A stretch of 37,867 nucleotides of DNA from an uncultured Vicinamibacteraceae bacterium (GCA_964348425.1 CAYGCV010000003.1:1-37867), one strand, 5' to 3'; positions 17,890 to 27,354 are shown, numbered from the stretch's first letter. Translations and numbers: made by a program. Notes: generated by a model from the letters alone, not told the origin.

Positions 17890-19143
17890 ATGGAGAGCAG
17901 CGAGACGCGCGGCAGGGCGTACCTGCTGGTTGGCATGATCGTCCAGGTGGCGCTCGCGGTCGGCCTGGCGCCGAACGCCGGCGCGCAGCAGTGGGTGGCC
18001 GCGTGGGGCTCGTCCCTGCAGGGGCTGTCGCCGGAGGAGGCGACGGTCACGAACGCCACCGTCCGGCTCATGGCGCGGTCCACCGTCGCGGGAGACGGCG
18101 TGCGGGTGCGGCTGGAGAACACGTACGGGAGCGATGCGCTGGCCATCGGCGCGGCCGCCGTCGGCCTGCAGAACAACGGGCCCTCGCTGGTCGCGGGCTC
18201 GAGCCGCACCCTGCGCTTCGACGGTTCGGGAGCGGTCACGATACCGGCCGGCGAGTACGTGGTCAGCGACCCGGTCGACCTGGTGGTCGAGGCCGGGCAG
18301 GGGCTGGCCGTCAGCCTGCACGTGCCCGGCGCCAACGTGCGCAGCAGCATGCACCGCACCGCGCTCGCCACGTCGTACCTGACGGCGGCGGGCGCCGGGG
18401 ACCGGACCGGCAACGTCGACGGCGAGCCGTACACGGAGACGACCCCCTGGATGCACTGGCTGTCGGCCATCGAGGTGTTCTCGTCCTCGGCGCGCGGCGC
18501 GATCGTCGCCTTCGGCGACTCCATCACGGACGGCTCCTGCGCCACCCCGGACGGCCACGACACGTGGCCGGACATCCTGCACACGCGGCTCCGGCACGCC
18601 GCCGGCACGGCGCGCCTCGGGGTGGTCAATGCCGGCATCGGCGGCAACACGGTGATTCGGGTGCCCCCGGTCACGAGCACGCCCGGCGTGGAGCGCATGG
18701 ACCGGGACGTGCTGGCGCTGGCCGGCGTCACGCACGTCGTCGTGTACCTGGGCACCAACGACCTGCGCCGGCAGGCGACCGCGGAGCAGGTGATTGCCGG
18801 TCTCGACGAGGTGGTCGGGCGGGCCCGGGCGCGCGGACTGAAGGTCGTGGCGGCCACGATCATCGCGCGCAATCCGACGCCGCGCGGCCTGCCGCCGGAG
18901 CTGGGCTTCGGGCCCGAGCAGAACCGGCGGCGGCACGCCGTCAACGAATGGATCCGCAACAACGACGATCTGCACGCCGTGCTCGACTTCGACGCGGTCA
19001 TGAAGGATGCCGGCGACCCCAATCTCATCAATCCGGTCTACGACTGCGACGGCATCCACCCCAACGTGTTCGGGTACGCGGCGATGGGCGGGTCGATAGA
19101 TCTCGCGGTGTTCGACGAGGAGCTCCAGGCGTCGGCGCCGTAG
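17890..19143 (+). CDS. Secreted SGNH/GDSL hydrolase
   Basis: IVAFGDSITDG, VVNAGIGGN, LGTNDL, DGIHPN; signal peptide. Confidence 0.92.
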   Translation: MESSETRGRAYLLVGMIVQVALAVGLAPNAGAQQWVAAWGSSLQGLSPEEATVTNATVRLMARSTVAGDGVRVRLENTYGSDALAIGAAAVGLQNNGPSLVAGSSRTLRFDGSGAVTIPAGEYVVSDPVDLVVEAGQGLAVSLHVPGANVRSSMHRTALATSYLTAAGAGDRTGNVDGEPYTETTPWMHWLSAIEVFSSSARGAIVAFGDSITDGSCATPDGHDTWPDILHTRLRHAAGTARLGVVNAGIGGNTVIRVPPVTSTPGVERMDRDVLALAGVTHVVVYLGTNDLRRQATAEQVIAGLDEVVGRARARGLKVVAATIIARNPTPRGLPPELGFGPEQNRRRHAVNEWIRNNDDLHAVLDFDAVMKDAGDPNLINPVYDCDGIHPNVFGYAAMGGSIDLAVFDEELQASAP

Positions 19144-19162
19144 ACGATATGGGGGTTGGGCC

Positions 19163-19615
19163 ATGCGGGAGACGCGCGCGCGGATCGTCGTCGGTATCGG
19201 GGTTGCCGTTGCCCTCCTGAGCGCCGCGCCCGGCGCGCGCGGTCCGCTCGCCGAGCGCCAGGAGCGGACCGTCTGGGACGGCATCTACACGCAGGAGCAG
19301 GCCGAGCGCGGCGCCGGCCTGTACGAGGAGTGGTGCGCGAGCTGCCACGCGTCGGACCTGTCGGGCGGCGACGTGGCTCCCGGGCTGGTCGGCGGCGAGT
19401 TCGTGTGGAATTGGAGCGGCCTGACGGTGGGTCAGCTATTCGAGCGGCTGCGGATCTCGATGCCGCAGGAGGACCCGGCCGCCGTCACCCGGTCGGAGAA
19501 GGCCGACATCCTGGCCTTCATGCTGCTCGTGAACGAGTTTCCGGCCGGCGAGCGGGACCTCCCCGACCGCGCCGCCATGCTGGAGCAGTTCCTGTTCGAG
19601 GCGATTCAGCCCTGA
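19163..19615 (+). CDS. Monoheme cytochrome c
   Basis: Signal peptide; TVWDGIYTQEQAERG, CASCH heme motif, distal SMP. Confidence 0.88.
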   Translation: MRETRARIVVGIGVAVALLSAAPGARGPLAERQERTVWDGIYTQEQAERGAGLYEEWCASCHASDLSGGDVAPGLVGGEFVWNWSGLTVGQLFERLRISMPQEDPAAVTRSEKADILAFMLLVNEFPAGERDLPDRAAMLEQFLFEAIQP

Positions 19616-19642
19616 CCGGGCCGGAGACCGGAGAGACGCTAC

Positions 19643-20083
19643 GTGAGAACAGTTCCGAAGCTTACGCTCGACGACGCCCGCATCATCATGGCCGCGGCCG
19701 AGGAGAAGTCACGCGAGATCGGTGTGGACATGGACATCGCGATCACCGACGACAGCGGCAGCCTGCTGATGTTCCACCGCATGGACAACGCCCGCATCAC
19801 CAGCATCGACGTGGCGATCAGCAAGGCGTTCACGGCGGCCGCGGCCCGGCGCTCCACGCGCGCGTACGGCGACATCAGCCAGCCGGGCGGGCCGGCGTTC
19901 GGGATCCACGTCAGCAATCAGGGCCGCTTCATGGTGGTCGCCGGCGGCCTGCCCCTCTTCGTCGACGACCAGATCGTCGGCGGGGTCGGCTGCAGCTCGG
20001 GGCATCCGGACCAGGACGAGATCGTGGCCCAAGCCGGCATCGACGCCCTGCTGGCGCACCTGCAGCGCCAGCAGGCGGACTGA
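19643..20083 (+). CDS. GlcG/HbpS-family heme-binding protein
   Basis: IAITDDSG, RMDNA...SIDVAISKAFTAA, GGLPL, IVGGVGCSSG...QDEIVA. Confidence 0.9.
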   Translation: MRTVPKLTLDDARIIMAAAEEKSREIGVDMDIAITDDSGSLLMFHRMDNARITSIDVAISKAFTAAAARRSTRAYGDISQPGGPAFGIHVSNQGRFMVVAGGLPLFVDDQIVGGVGCSSGHPDQDEIVAQAGIDALLAHLQRQQAD

Positions 20084-20084
20084 A

Positions 20085-20429
20085 CTAGGCCGACTCGACC
20101 GCCGGGAGCGTCTTGTCGATCGCCGTCTGCAGCCGGGTCTTGTCGGCGAGTCCGACGATCGAGTCGACGACCTCGCCGTCCTTGAACAGCAGCAGCGTCG
20201 GGATCGACCGGATGCCGAACTTCATCGCGGTGTTCGGATTGTCGTCGACGTTCAGCTTGCCGACGGTCACCCGACCGGCATAGTCCTCGGCCAGCGCCTC
20301 CACCGTGGGAGCGATCATGCGGCACGGCCCGCACCACTCGGCCCAGAAGTCCACGAGCACGGGCACCTTCGATTTGATCACGGACTCGTCGAAGTTGTTG
20401 TCACTCAGGGTCTGCGTGTGTTCTCCCAT
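20085..20429 (-). CDS. trxA: Thioredoxin
   Basis: VLVDFWAEWCGPCRMIAP, GIRSIPTLLLFKDG; TACAAT -10-like element at 20474-20479 (minus strand). Confidence 0.96.
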   Translation of the reverse strand: MGEHTQTLSDNNFDESVIKSKVPVLVDFWAEWCGPCRMIAPTVEALAEDYAGRVTVGKLNVDDNPNTAMKFGIRSIPTLLLFKDGEVVDSIVGLADKTRLQTAIDKTLPAVESA

Positions 20430-20757
20430 CGGCATCCTTCTGTGAGCTCGGGCGGTTGATTGGCCCTGATCCAATTGTACTTGACTTGCCGCGCCGCGGG
20501 GGCCGGACGCTCGCCAATCGTCGCCTCGCGGCTCCGCTCGGCGCCCACCGACCCTCCGCACACGTGGCGCATCCCGGCGGCCAGGGCACGCTGACGGTCC
20601 CTTCCCGACCTGCGCCGCGGCTACGTACACGGCGCAGCGGTGTCGGGCGACGGGCCGCCGACCTGCGCGGCGCCTTTTCCGCACCGTCGTCGAGGTCGTC
20701 CATGGCGCGACCCGCGGTCGGATCGGCCACCTGTCCCGACCGTGGTAACGTTCCAGC

Positions 20758-21987
20758 ATGCCGGGAACGCGATCGGGAACGTCGCCACCGAGAACGCAGG
20801 CGGGACCGCAGGACTATCTGCATGACTGCCTCGCCCTGCATGGCCAGGTGACGGAAATCCGCTATGGCCATATGCAGGATCTCTTCCGCATCGAAGACGA
20901 AACAGACGGGGTTCGATCGAGCTGTCAGCTCGCGTACGAAGACATCGAAAAGATTCGGAACAGCAGGATCTGGAGCGCCGACGCGTTCGGCTACTGGCCG
21001 TCTCGATCCGAAGTCGAGTCGATCCTGGAATCGACGGAGTGGAGCTTTCGGACACTGCCCGAGAAGGAGGAGCAAGTCATAGCGGACCTGCTGAAGATTT
21101 TCCACCAGATCGAGCTGGTGTCGGTGATCCTGAGATTCGTCGCGCCGCAGCATTATGGAATCCTGAGCCCGCCGGTGGAGCAAGTGCTCGGAATCGGCCC
21201 ATTCCGAAAGCACTCGCGAAAATACCTGGCGTACCTGAACAACCTGCGAGAGATCAGGGACGCGAGAAGCTTCAGGAGCGCGGCGGAAGTCGACATGGCT
21301 CTTTGGGTGCTTCAAGTCGGAGTTCTGGATGATGGCCTACTGAAACGGGACCTGTCCGACCAGGAATACGAGTCGCTGTGCAGTGGATACAGGAACGACT
21401 CAAGATTGCGTGAAATCCGGGTCGGAAATCTCACCCGGCAGCTCTTTTCGGCAATGTCACGCGTAGAACTTTCGGAAGCCTTGCTGGCGACGAACGTGGA
21501 GTTTGCAGGCCAACTCGCTGGCATCCAATTCGAGCAGGACGTACGGAGACTGACCGGCGCGAAATCGGATGAGAAGCTGGCCGATCTTGTTGGAGATCCA
21601 AGATTTCTGCGTTCGATTCGTCAGATTCCGGACCTCCGCGTCGAGTTCTGGCGGAATGCAGTCAGGACCCGGAACAAGGCGATACACTTGAATCGGCCGC
21701 CGAAGAAAGATCACGTCATGAAGCTGATTGACGGCATGAAAGCGCTGAGGCGGTTGGTTGGCGGCGACGGACTCGACGAGCTCCCGGCCGTCCCGGCTGA
21801 CTTCCAGGAATGGCGTTCGATCGATGAACTCGCCGAAGAGCAAGGTATCGTTGCTCCGCAGCAGCTCGATAGAATGATCGGCGCGGCCGCGGACCTGTGG
21901 GACGGCGAAGAAGAATTCGAGCGCTTCGTGAACCGGGGCAGCGAACACCGGCACCCGACCGGGAAGCACGTCGAGGATGACGAATGA
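20758..21987 (+). CDS. Hypothetical multidomain protein: HhH-GPD glycosylase-like domain + HEPN-like domain (RNKAIH) + C-terminal antitoxin-like segment
   Basis: 409-aa ORF with lower GC and atypical codons. aa ~105-185 resemble the HhH-GPD core; R305-x4-H310 lies in a helical domain; the C-terminal SIDELAEEQG...LWDGEEEFERF resembles small antitoxins that precede PIN genes; ATGA overlap with the PIN gene. The ORF is solid; the domain calls are inference. Confidence 0.6.
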   Translation: MPGTRSGTSPPRTQAGPQDYLHDCLALHGQVTEIRYGHMQDLFRIEDETDGVRSSCQLAYEDIEKIRNSRIWSADAFGYWPSRSEVESILESTEWSFRTLPEKEEQVIADLLKIFHQIELVSVILRFVAPQHYGILSPPVEQVLGIGPFRKHSRKYLAYLNNLREIRDARSFRSAAEVDMALWVLQVGVLDDGLLKRDLSDQEYESLCSGYRNDSRLREIRVGNLTRQLFSAMSRVELSEALLATNVEFAGQLAGIQFEQDVRRLTGAKSDEKLADLVGDPRFLRSIRQIPDLRVEFWRNAVRTRNKAIHLNRPPKKDHVMKLIDGMKALRRLVGGDGLDELPAVPADFQEWRSIDELAEEQGIVAPQQLDRMIGAAADLWDGEEEFERFVNRGSEHRHPTGKHVEDDE

Positions 21988-22373
21988 GCACCGTCGTTCT
22001 CGATACCAATGTCGTTTCCTTCCTGATGAAAGGACACGGGTTGGCCGACAGCTATCGGCCGTACATCGAAGGACGCAGGCTGGCCATTTCCTTCATGACC
22101 GTCGGCGAGCTGTACGAAGGTGCCTGTCGCGCCGGGTGGGGACGAGAGAGATTGAACCGGCTGAGGGCAAGCGTAAATGCCTACCTGGTGCTTCCGGTCA
22201 ACCTCGAGGTCTGCCGGCAATGGGGAGCCATCCGTTGCGCACGTCGCGAGCAGCCCATCGCCGTCGACGACGCATGGATCGCTGCCACTGCAAAGGCGCA
22301 CGGCCTTACGTTGATCACCCACAATCCAGCGGATTTTCGTAACATCGATGGCATCAGGATCCTTTCCGCGTAG
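21984..22373 (+). CDS. vapC: VapC / PIN-domain ribonuclease toxin
   Basis: VVLDTNVVSF, ISFMTVGEL, DDAWIAATA, LITHNPADF. Confidence 0.9.
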   Translation: MSTVVLDTNVVSFLMKGHGLADSYRPYIEGRRLAISFMTVGELYEGACRAGWGRERLNRLRASVNAYLVLPVNLEVCRQWGAIRCARREQPIAVDDAWIAATAKAHGLTLITHNPADFRNIDGIRILSA

Positions 22374-22549
22374 TGCCGCTGAGTCAGCGCGATTGACCTG
22401 CACCCCGGCGTCCTCGTTCGACCTTGACGATCGCCTGTCGTGTGTGACCGGCTGCTTCACAACGCGCATCCGCATCGACATGAAGGGCCGCTCGGGTGCC
22501 TGGTCCGACCGCCGGTCGACGAGCCTCGGCCCTCGTGCCACGGGATGAC

Positions 22550-22801
22550 TCAGGCAGCATCGGTGCGTGGACTCCAGATGTTCGATTCGGTCCTGCTCCG
22601 CGCGGATTCGGCGGTCTCGGCCAGGCTGCCCTCGATCCGGCGTTGCAGCTCTCGAGCCGCCTCGCGGTCGTAGGCGGCGTCGTCGTCGACCGGCAGGACG
22701 AGCCGGTCGTCCGGCGCGTCGCGAAGGTCGATCGTGGTGCCCAGGTAGTACGCCTCATGCCAGCCGCAGTCGGAGCGGTAGATGCGCGTGACGTACCGCA
22801 G
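22550..22801 (-). pseudogene. Start-less coding remnant (84 codons) in frame after the TAG of the upstream ORF
   Basis: Reads LRYVTRIYRSDCGWHEAYYLGTTIDLRDAPDDRLVLPVDDDAAYDREAARELQRRIEG...DAA* with strong G/C at third positions; no start codon of its own. Confidence 0.4.
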
Positions 22802-24271
22802 CTACCGGCTTGCCATGCCGGGCAGCGGCGTCGACGTGCCGTCCGTCGTGTCACGGATGAAATAGCCGGCCTCTCCGCCGTCGTCAAGGCGCCTTGTCAG
22901 CAGCGTGCGGCCGTCGGCGGTCAGCGGGGCCACCACCGACTCGCCGTCCGCCTCGTCGCTCTCGAACAGCCGCTCGGCGCGCAGCGTGTTGACGTCGAGG
23001 CGGTCGAGGAACCGCCCGCCGCCGCCGGCCAGCAGGATGCGGTTTCCGTCCTGCATGACCACGGTGCCGCCGGCGGGTCCGCCCGCGCGCCGGACGGGGG
23101 TCCCGGCCGCCGCGGGGCCGTCCACCCGGCTCCAGTCGAGCAGTGTCCGGGGCGTGCGGCCGGAGCCGTCCAGCAGCAGCGTCCGCCAGCGTCCGGTCCG
23201 CTCGTCCGCCTCGGTCACCAGGCCGAGGCCGCTCTCGGTCCAGGCGATGCCGGCCAGCCCGAGCTCCGTCTCGATCAGCGTCTCGGGCGCGTCGTCGAAC
23301 GGCGCGGCGAGGCCCAGCACCCGGCTTCCCTCCGCGAGGTCGGGCTCGCTCCACACCGCCGTGGCGGGCGCGGTGGGGCGCCAGCCGGGCTGCTGCCGTC
23401 CGGGTGCTACGTCGTCCGCCGGCAGGTCGGCGAGACGCCGCACCAGGCTGCCGTCCGCGTTCCGGATCTCCAGTGCGCGGGTGCGCGCGGCCGGTTGCGC
23501 CGCGCCGGCCGCGGGCGGGCCGAGCGTCGCCACGAGCACGAACTCGCCGTCCGGCGAGGGGATCGCCGCGGCGAACAACTCCGGCGCACCGACGTTCGTC
23601 CGGCGGCCGGTCGCGAGCTCCACCGTGCCGAGCTGGCTCGTGAAGTAGTACCCGAAGAGGGCGTCCCCGCCGGCCGGCGGGGCTCCGCGGGCCGACATCA
23701 CGAAGCGGCACAGGACGCGGCTTCCGTCCCGCAGCCAGGCGCACGGCTCGCCACGCGTCGCGTTGAGCGAGGCGGACGTCACCGGCCGGGGGATGCCGGA
23801 GGCGATGTCGAGGATCCATTGCTCGACGCCGGTGTCGCGGATTACGACGTAGGAGAGATACGAGCCGTCGGGCGAGAACCGCACCCATCCGAGGCTGGTC
23901 TCGAACGGCGCGAGCACCTCGTGGACGACCGCGTCGGCAAGGCGCACGAGCACGATGCGGTCGATGTCCGGCGCCGGCCGGGGCGTGTTGTTGCGGGTGT
24001 TGATCCGCTGTCCGCCAAGCTCCAGCAGCCGGCGTTCGTCCACGGCCGCCGGCCGGCGGCCCGGGTAGGCCAGCGCCACCGCGTCGCCCCCCGGGCCGAC
24101 GAGGGCCTCCGGCGCCGGGGGCCGGTCCTGCGCGCCGGCGCCGGCCGCGGACAGCGCGACGACCGCCCAGATCAACAGCAGGATGCCGGGCGTGCGGCGA
24201 ACCGCGCCGTCGGGGCCGTCGCGACGGCCGGGCGGGAGCCGGCGGCGAAGTCCCGGGTCACCTCCTGCCAC
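22802..24271 (-). CDS. Beta-propeller protein resembling the N-terminal part of S9 prolyl-oligopeptidase-family enzymes; no catalytic domain (possibly truncated)
   Basis: LELGGQRINTRNN, FSPDGS, LNATRGEPCAW, LFGYYFTSQL, SPDGEFVLV, FLDRLD; no GxSYG nucleophile domain; start uncertain. Confidence 0.6.
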   Translation of the reverse strand: MAGGDPGLRRRLPPGRRDGPDGAVRRTPGILLLIWAVVALSAAGAGAQDRPPAPEALVGPGGDAVALAYPGRRPAAVDERRLLELGGQRINTRNNTPRPAPDIDRIVLVRLADAVVHEVLAPFETSLGWVRFSPDGSYLSYVVIRDTGVEQWILDIASGIPRPVTSASLNATRGEPCAWLRDGSRVLCRFVMSARGAPPAGGDALFGYYFTSQLGTVELATGRRTNVGAPELFAAAIPSPDGEFVLVATLGPPAAGAAQPAARTRALEIRNADGSLVRRLADLPADDVAPGRQQPGWRPTAPATAVWSEPDLAEGSRVLGLAAPFDDAPETLIETELGLAGIAWTESGLGLVTEADERTGRWRTLLLDGSGRTPRTLLDWSRVDGPAAAGTPVRRAGGPAGGTVVMQDGNRILLAGGGGRFLDRLDVNTLRAERLFESDEADGESVVAPLTADGRTLLTRRLDDGGEAGYFIRDTTDGTSTPLPGMASR

Positions 24272-24277
24272 GGGCTG

Positions 24278-26038
24278 CTAGACCGTCGCCAGCTCCGGCA
24301 CCTGCACCGGCGCGGCCGGGGGCGCCTGGGCGCCCGGCGGGAGGTCGCCCGTGTCCGCGCGCAGGTACTGCCAGTAGTTCGGCTTGATCGAGGCCAGCAG
24401 CTCGGCGCGGGTCTTCACCTCGATCGGCCGGCCCTTGTACAGCTTGCCGGTCGCATACAGCAGGTTCTCCGGCAGCGCGCTGCAGAACATCATCATCGGC
24501 CAGGTGAAGTTCGGGCCGTTCGTCTTGCGCAGGCGCAGCGCCCACAGGCCCACGCCGCCGATCTTGAACGAGGTCGGGCCCCACCAACTGTAGAGGCCCG
24601 GCCGCATGTTCATCTTCCAGCAACGGAGGATCAACTGCCACTGCAGCCGGCTGAGGTTGCGCGTCTCCGTGACGCCCTTGCCGTGCTCCATCCGGGTGCC
24701 CTCGAGCGGCGTGAACACCGACGGCACCAGGAAACCGAACAGCCCGCGGCGCTCCATCTCGTAGATCAGATCGAGCGTCGCCTTCACGTCGTCGTCGGTC
24801 TCGCCCGGGTTGCCGACCATCAACGTCAGCATCGGGAACCAGTTGTTCCGATTCAGCACCTCGAGGCCGCGGATGACCACGCTCTGCCAGTCCTCGATGC
24901 TGAACGGCACGCCCTTGCTGGGCATGACCTGCTTGGCCATGCGCACCGACCCGGTCTCGAGCCCGATCAGCGGCACCAGGGCCTTGCCCTCCGGATGGGA
25001 GCTCAGGCGCTTGAGGTGGATCGGGCTGTGCGGCAGCAGCGTGTCGGTCAACTGCTCGATCAGCACCGGGTCGACCACCGCGGGCGCCATCGTCGAGTGG
25101 CTGAGCACGTGCTGCTCCACGCCCGGCGTTTCCACGATGCTGCGGTACAGGTCGACCAGCGCTTCCCGGTTGGGGAAGAAGAACGGCGTCTTGGTCCGGA
25201 CCTGGCCCCAGATGAACATGTCCTCGGTCGCCAGCGAGATCTGCTTGTTGCCGGCTGCCACGTTGGCGCGCACGGCGTCGAGAATCCCCGCCTTGGGCAG
25301 ATCGATCTGCGGGTTGAGGTCGGGCACGCAGAACTGACAGCGCCGGCCGCAGCCGGTGGTCATCTCGACCACGCCGAACGTCGTGGGGCGGTCCGGAAAC
25401 AGCAGCGTCAGCGGGTCGGTCGGATGCTCGACCTCCACCTGGTCCGGCAGCTCGCCGCCGTCGAGCGCGCGCCGGAACAGCTTGATGGTCTCCGCCGACT
25501 CGCTGCGGCCGTCGATGATGCAGTCGATGCCGAGCCGCTCCATGGACTTCGTCTGCGTGATCTGCCAACTGCCCGAGCCGCCCAGGATGACCCGGAACGA
25601 TTCGCGGTGCGGACTCTGCTTGAGGGCGTCGAACAGCTTCGCCGCGTAGTGCGAGTTGATCGGCTCGCGAGAGCTGCCGAAGATGGACGTGTAGACGCCG
25701 GCCGCGAACGTCACGCCGAGCGGGTTGTGGGTCGAGAGCGCCACGATCCGCGTCTCGGGTCCGACGAACCGGTCGAGGTCGTCCGGATAGCAGACGACGA
25801 CGTTGTCGCGGCCGAACTCCGTCGCCATGACGCGCTCGAGCACGCGCAGCCCGGCCGGCGCGGCCTGCGCGGAACCGTCTTCGAACCGCTTCACGTTGCG
25901 CCACTCCGGATACTTCTTGTCCATGACCCATTCCATCCAGATCGGGATGGACGCCATGCCCATCTGGATGAAGTAGCCGGCGTGGTCGATCATCTCGGTG
26001 AATGGTGCTGTCAGGACGATCTGCGTACCCCGCTTCAT
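24278..26038 (-). CDS. Radical SAM protein with N-terminal B12-binding-like region
   Basis: EMTTGCGRRCQFC (CxxxCxxC), VILGGSG, IGLETGS, LMVGNPGET; ATG 26038 with SD-like GGGGG. Confidence 0.85.
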   Translation of the reverse strand: MKRGTQIVLTAPFTEMIDHAGYFIQMGMASIPIWMEWVMDKKYPEWRNVKRFEDGSAQAAPAGLRVLERVMATEFGRDNVVVCYPDDLDRFVGPETRIVALSTHNPLGVTFAAGVYTSIFGSSREPINSHYAAKLFDALKQSPHRESFRVILGGSGSWQITQTKSMERLGIDCIIDGRSESAETIKLFRRALDGGELPDQVEVEHPTDPLTLLFPDRPTTFGVVEMTTGCGRRCQFCVPDLNPQIDLPKAGILDAVRANVAAGNKQISLATEDMFIWGQVRTKTPFFFPNREALVDLYRSIVETPGVEQHVLSHSTMAPAVVDPVLIEQLTDTLLPHSPIHLKRLSSHPEGKALVPLIGLETGSVRMAKQVMPSKGVPFSIEDWQSVVIRGLEVLNRNNWFPMLTLMVGNPGETDDDVKATLDLIYEMERRGLFGFLVPSVFTPLEGTRMEHGKGVTETRNLSRLQWQLILRCWKMNMRPGLYSWWGPTSFKIGGVGLWALRLRKTNGPNFTWPMMMFCSALPENLLYATGKLYKGRPIEVKTRAELLASIKPNYWQYLRADTGDLPPGAQAPPAAPVQVPELATV

Positions 26039-26172
26039 GACGATGCCCCCGTGACCGACTTGTTGAGAGTTAAAGAATGTAACATGAACTCCAGCGCCCA
26101 CCGCGCCGAGCCTGCGTGCGGCGCCGACGCCCGGGGCGGTCCGCGACGCGGTCGTTCCACCCCGGTCCGACC

Positions 26173-27354
26173 ATGTTGTCCTCCCGGATCCCCGCCGATC
26201 TCGCGCCCAACCGCATCGGCCGCGCCGCACGCCGCCTGCGGGCCGCGAGGGCGAAGATCATCGACCTGACCGAGTCGAACCCGACCCGGGTCGGGTTCCG
26301 GTTTCCGCCCGGTCTGTTGTGCGGGACGGCCGGGCAGGCGATCCGGGTGTATCGACCCGCGCCCCTCGGCCTGCCCGCGGCCCGTGCAGCGGTCGCCGCG
26401 CATCTCGCCCGGCCCGGCCGGCTGGTGGCGCCGGAGCGCGTGGCGCTGACCGCCAGCACCAGCGAGGCCTACGGCTTCCTGTTCAAGCTCCTGTGCGACC
26501 CCGGCGACGAGGTCCTGGTGCCGCGGCCCAGCTACCCGCTCTTCGAGCACCTGACCCGGCTCGAGGGGGTCCGCGCGCTGCCGTACGCGCTCGATCACCA
26601 CGGCCGCTGGGAGCTGGACCTGGGCGGCCTCAGGGCAGCCCTGACGCCGCGCGCGCGGGCGGTGCTGCTGGTGAATCCCAACAACCCCACCGGCTCGTTC
26701 GTGTCGCCGGACGAGGTCGAGGCGGTCGCGCGGATCTGCCGCGAGCGCGACCTGGCGCTCGTCTCGGACGAGGTCTTCGGCGCCTATTCCATGAACGGCG
26801 CCGCGCCGGCCCCGAGCGTGCTCGACCGGCGCCGGCCGGACGTCCTCGCCTTCAGCCTCGGCGGGCTCTCCAAGGCGGTCGGCCTGCCGCAGCTCAAGCT
26901 CGGATGGATGGTGGTCGACGGACCCGCGGCGGTCGTCGAGCGCGCGCTGGCCGGGCTGGAGTTGATCGGCGACACGTACCTGTCGGTGGCCGCGCCGGTC
27001 CAACTGGCCGCCGGGACCCTGCTCGCGGAGGGCGCGGCCGTGACCGCGCAGATTGCCGCGCGCGTGCGCGCCAACTACGCGGCGCTGCGGCGGCGCGTCG
27101 CGCGGCATCCGGCGCTCCGGCTGCCGCCCGTCGACGGGGGATGGTACGCTGTGCTGCAGATCCCGGCCACGGAACCCGAGGAGACGGTCGTGCTCGAGCT
27201 GCTCGAGCGCGACCGCGTCCTCGTGCATCCCGGCTACTTCTTCGACTTTCCTCGCGAGGCATTCCTGGTCGTGAGCCTGCTTCCCGCGCCGGAGGCGTTC
27301 GAGGCGGGCATCGCGCGGGTGCTCGCCCGCGCTGCGGGCGGCCGCGGCCGATGA
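26173..27354 (+). CDS. PLP-dependent aminotransferase, class I/II fold
   Basis: IDLTESNPT, LTASTSEAY, VNPNNPTG, SDEVF, GGLSKAVGLPQLKLGW (PLP lysine), VHPGYFF. Confidence 0.9.
   Translation: MLSSRIPADLAPNRIGRAARRLRAARAKIIDLTESNPTRVGFRFPPGLLCGTAGQAIRVYRPAPLGLPAARAAVAAHLARPGRLVAPERVALTASTSEAYGFLFKLLCDPGDEVLVPRPSYPLFEHLTRLEGVRALPYALDHHGRWELDLGGLRAALTPRARAVLLVNPNNPTGSFVSPDEVEAVARICRERDLALVSDEVFGAYSMNGAAPAPSVLDRRRPDVLAFSLGGLSKAVGLPQLKLGWMVVDGPAAVVERALAGLELIGDTYLSVAAPVQLAAGTLLAEGAAVTAQIAARVRANYAALRRRVARHPALRLPPVDGGWYAVLQIPATEPEETVVLELLERDRVLVHPGYFFDFPREAFLVVSLLPAPEAFEAGIARVLARAAGGRGR

Noticed and set aside
20440-20757. Small ORFs between trxA and the HEPN/PIN island
   Set aside because: No convincing SD, motif or codon pattern; treated as intergenic or island boundary. 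No att-like direct repeat was found by eye.
26039-26172. Cobalamin riboswitch upstream of the B12-type radical SAM gene
   Set aside because: The spacer is short and lacks recognisable B12-box elements; it looks like a divergent promoter region.
22496-26269. 1257-aa plus-strand ORF
   Set aside because: Shadow of the minus-strand radical SAM and propeller genes; R/A/G-rich with no recognisable domain.
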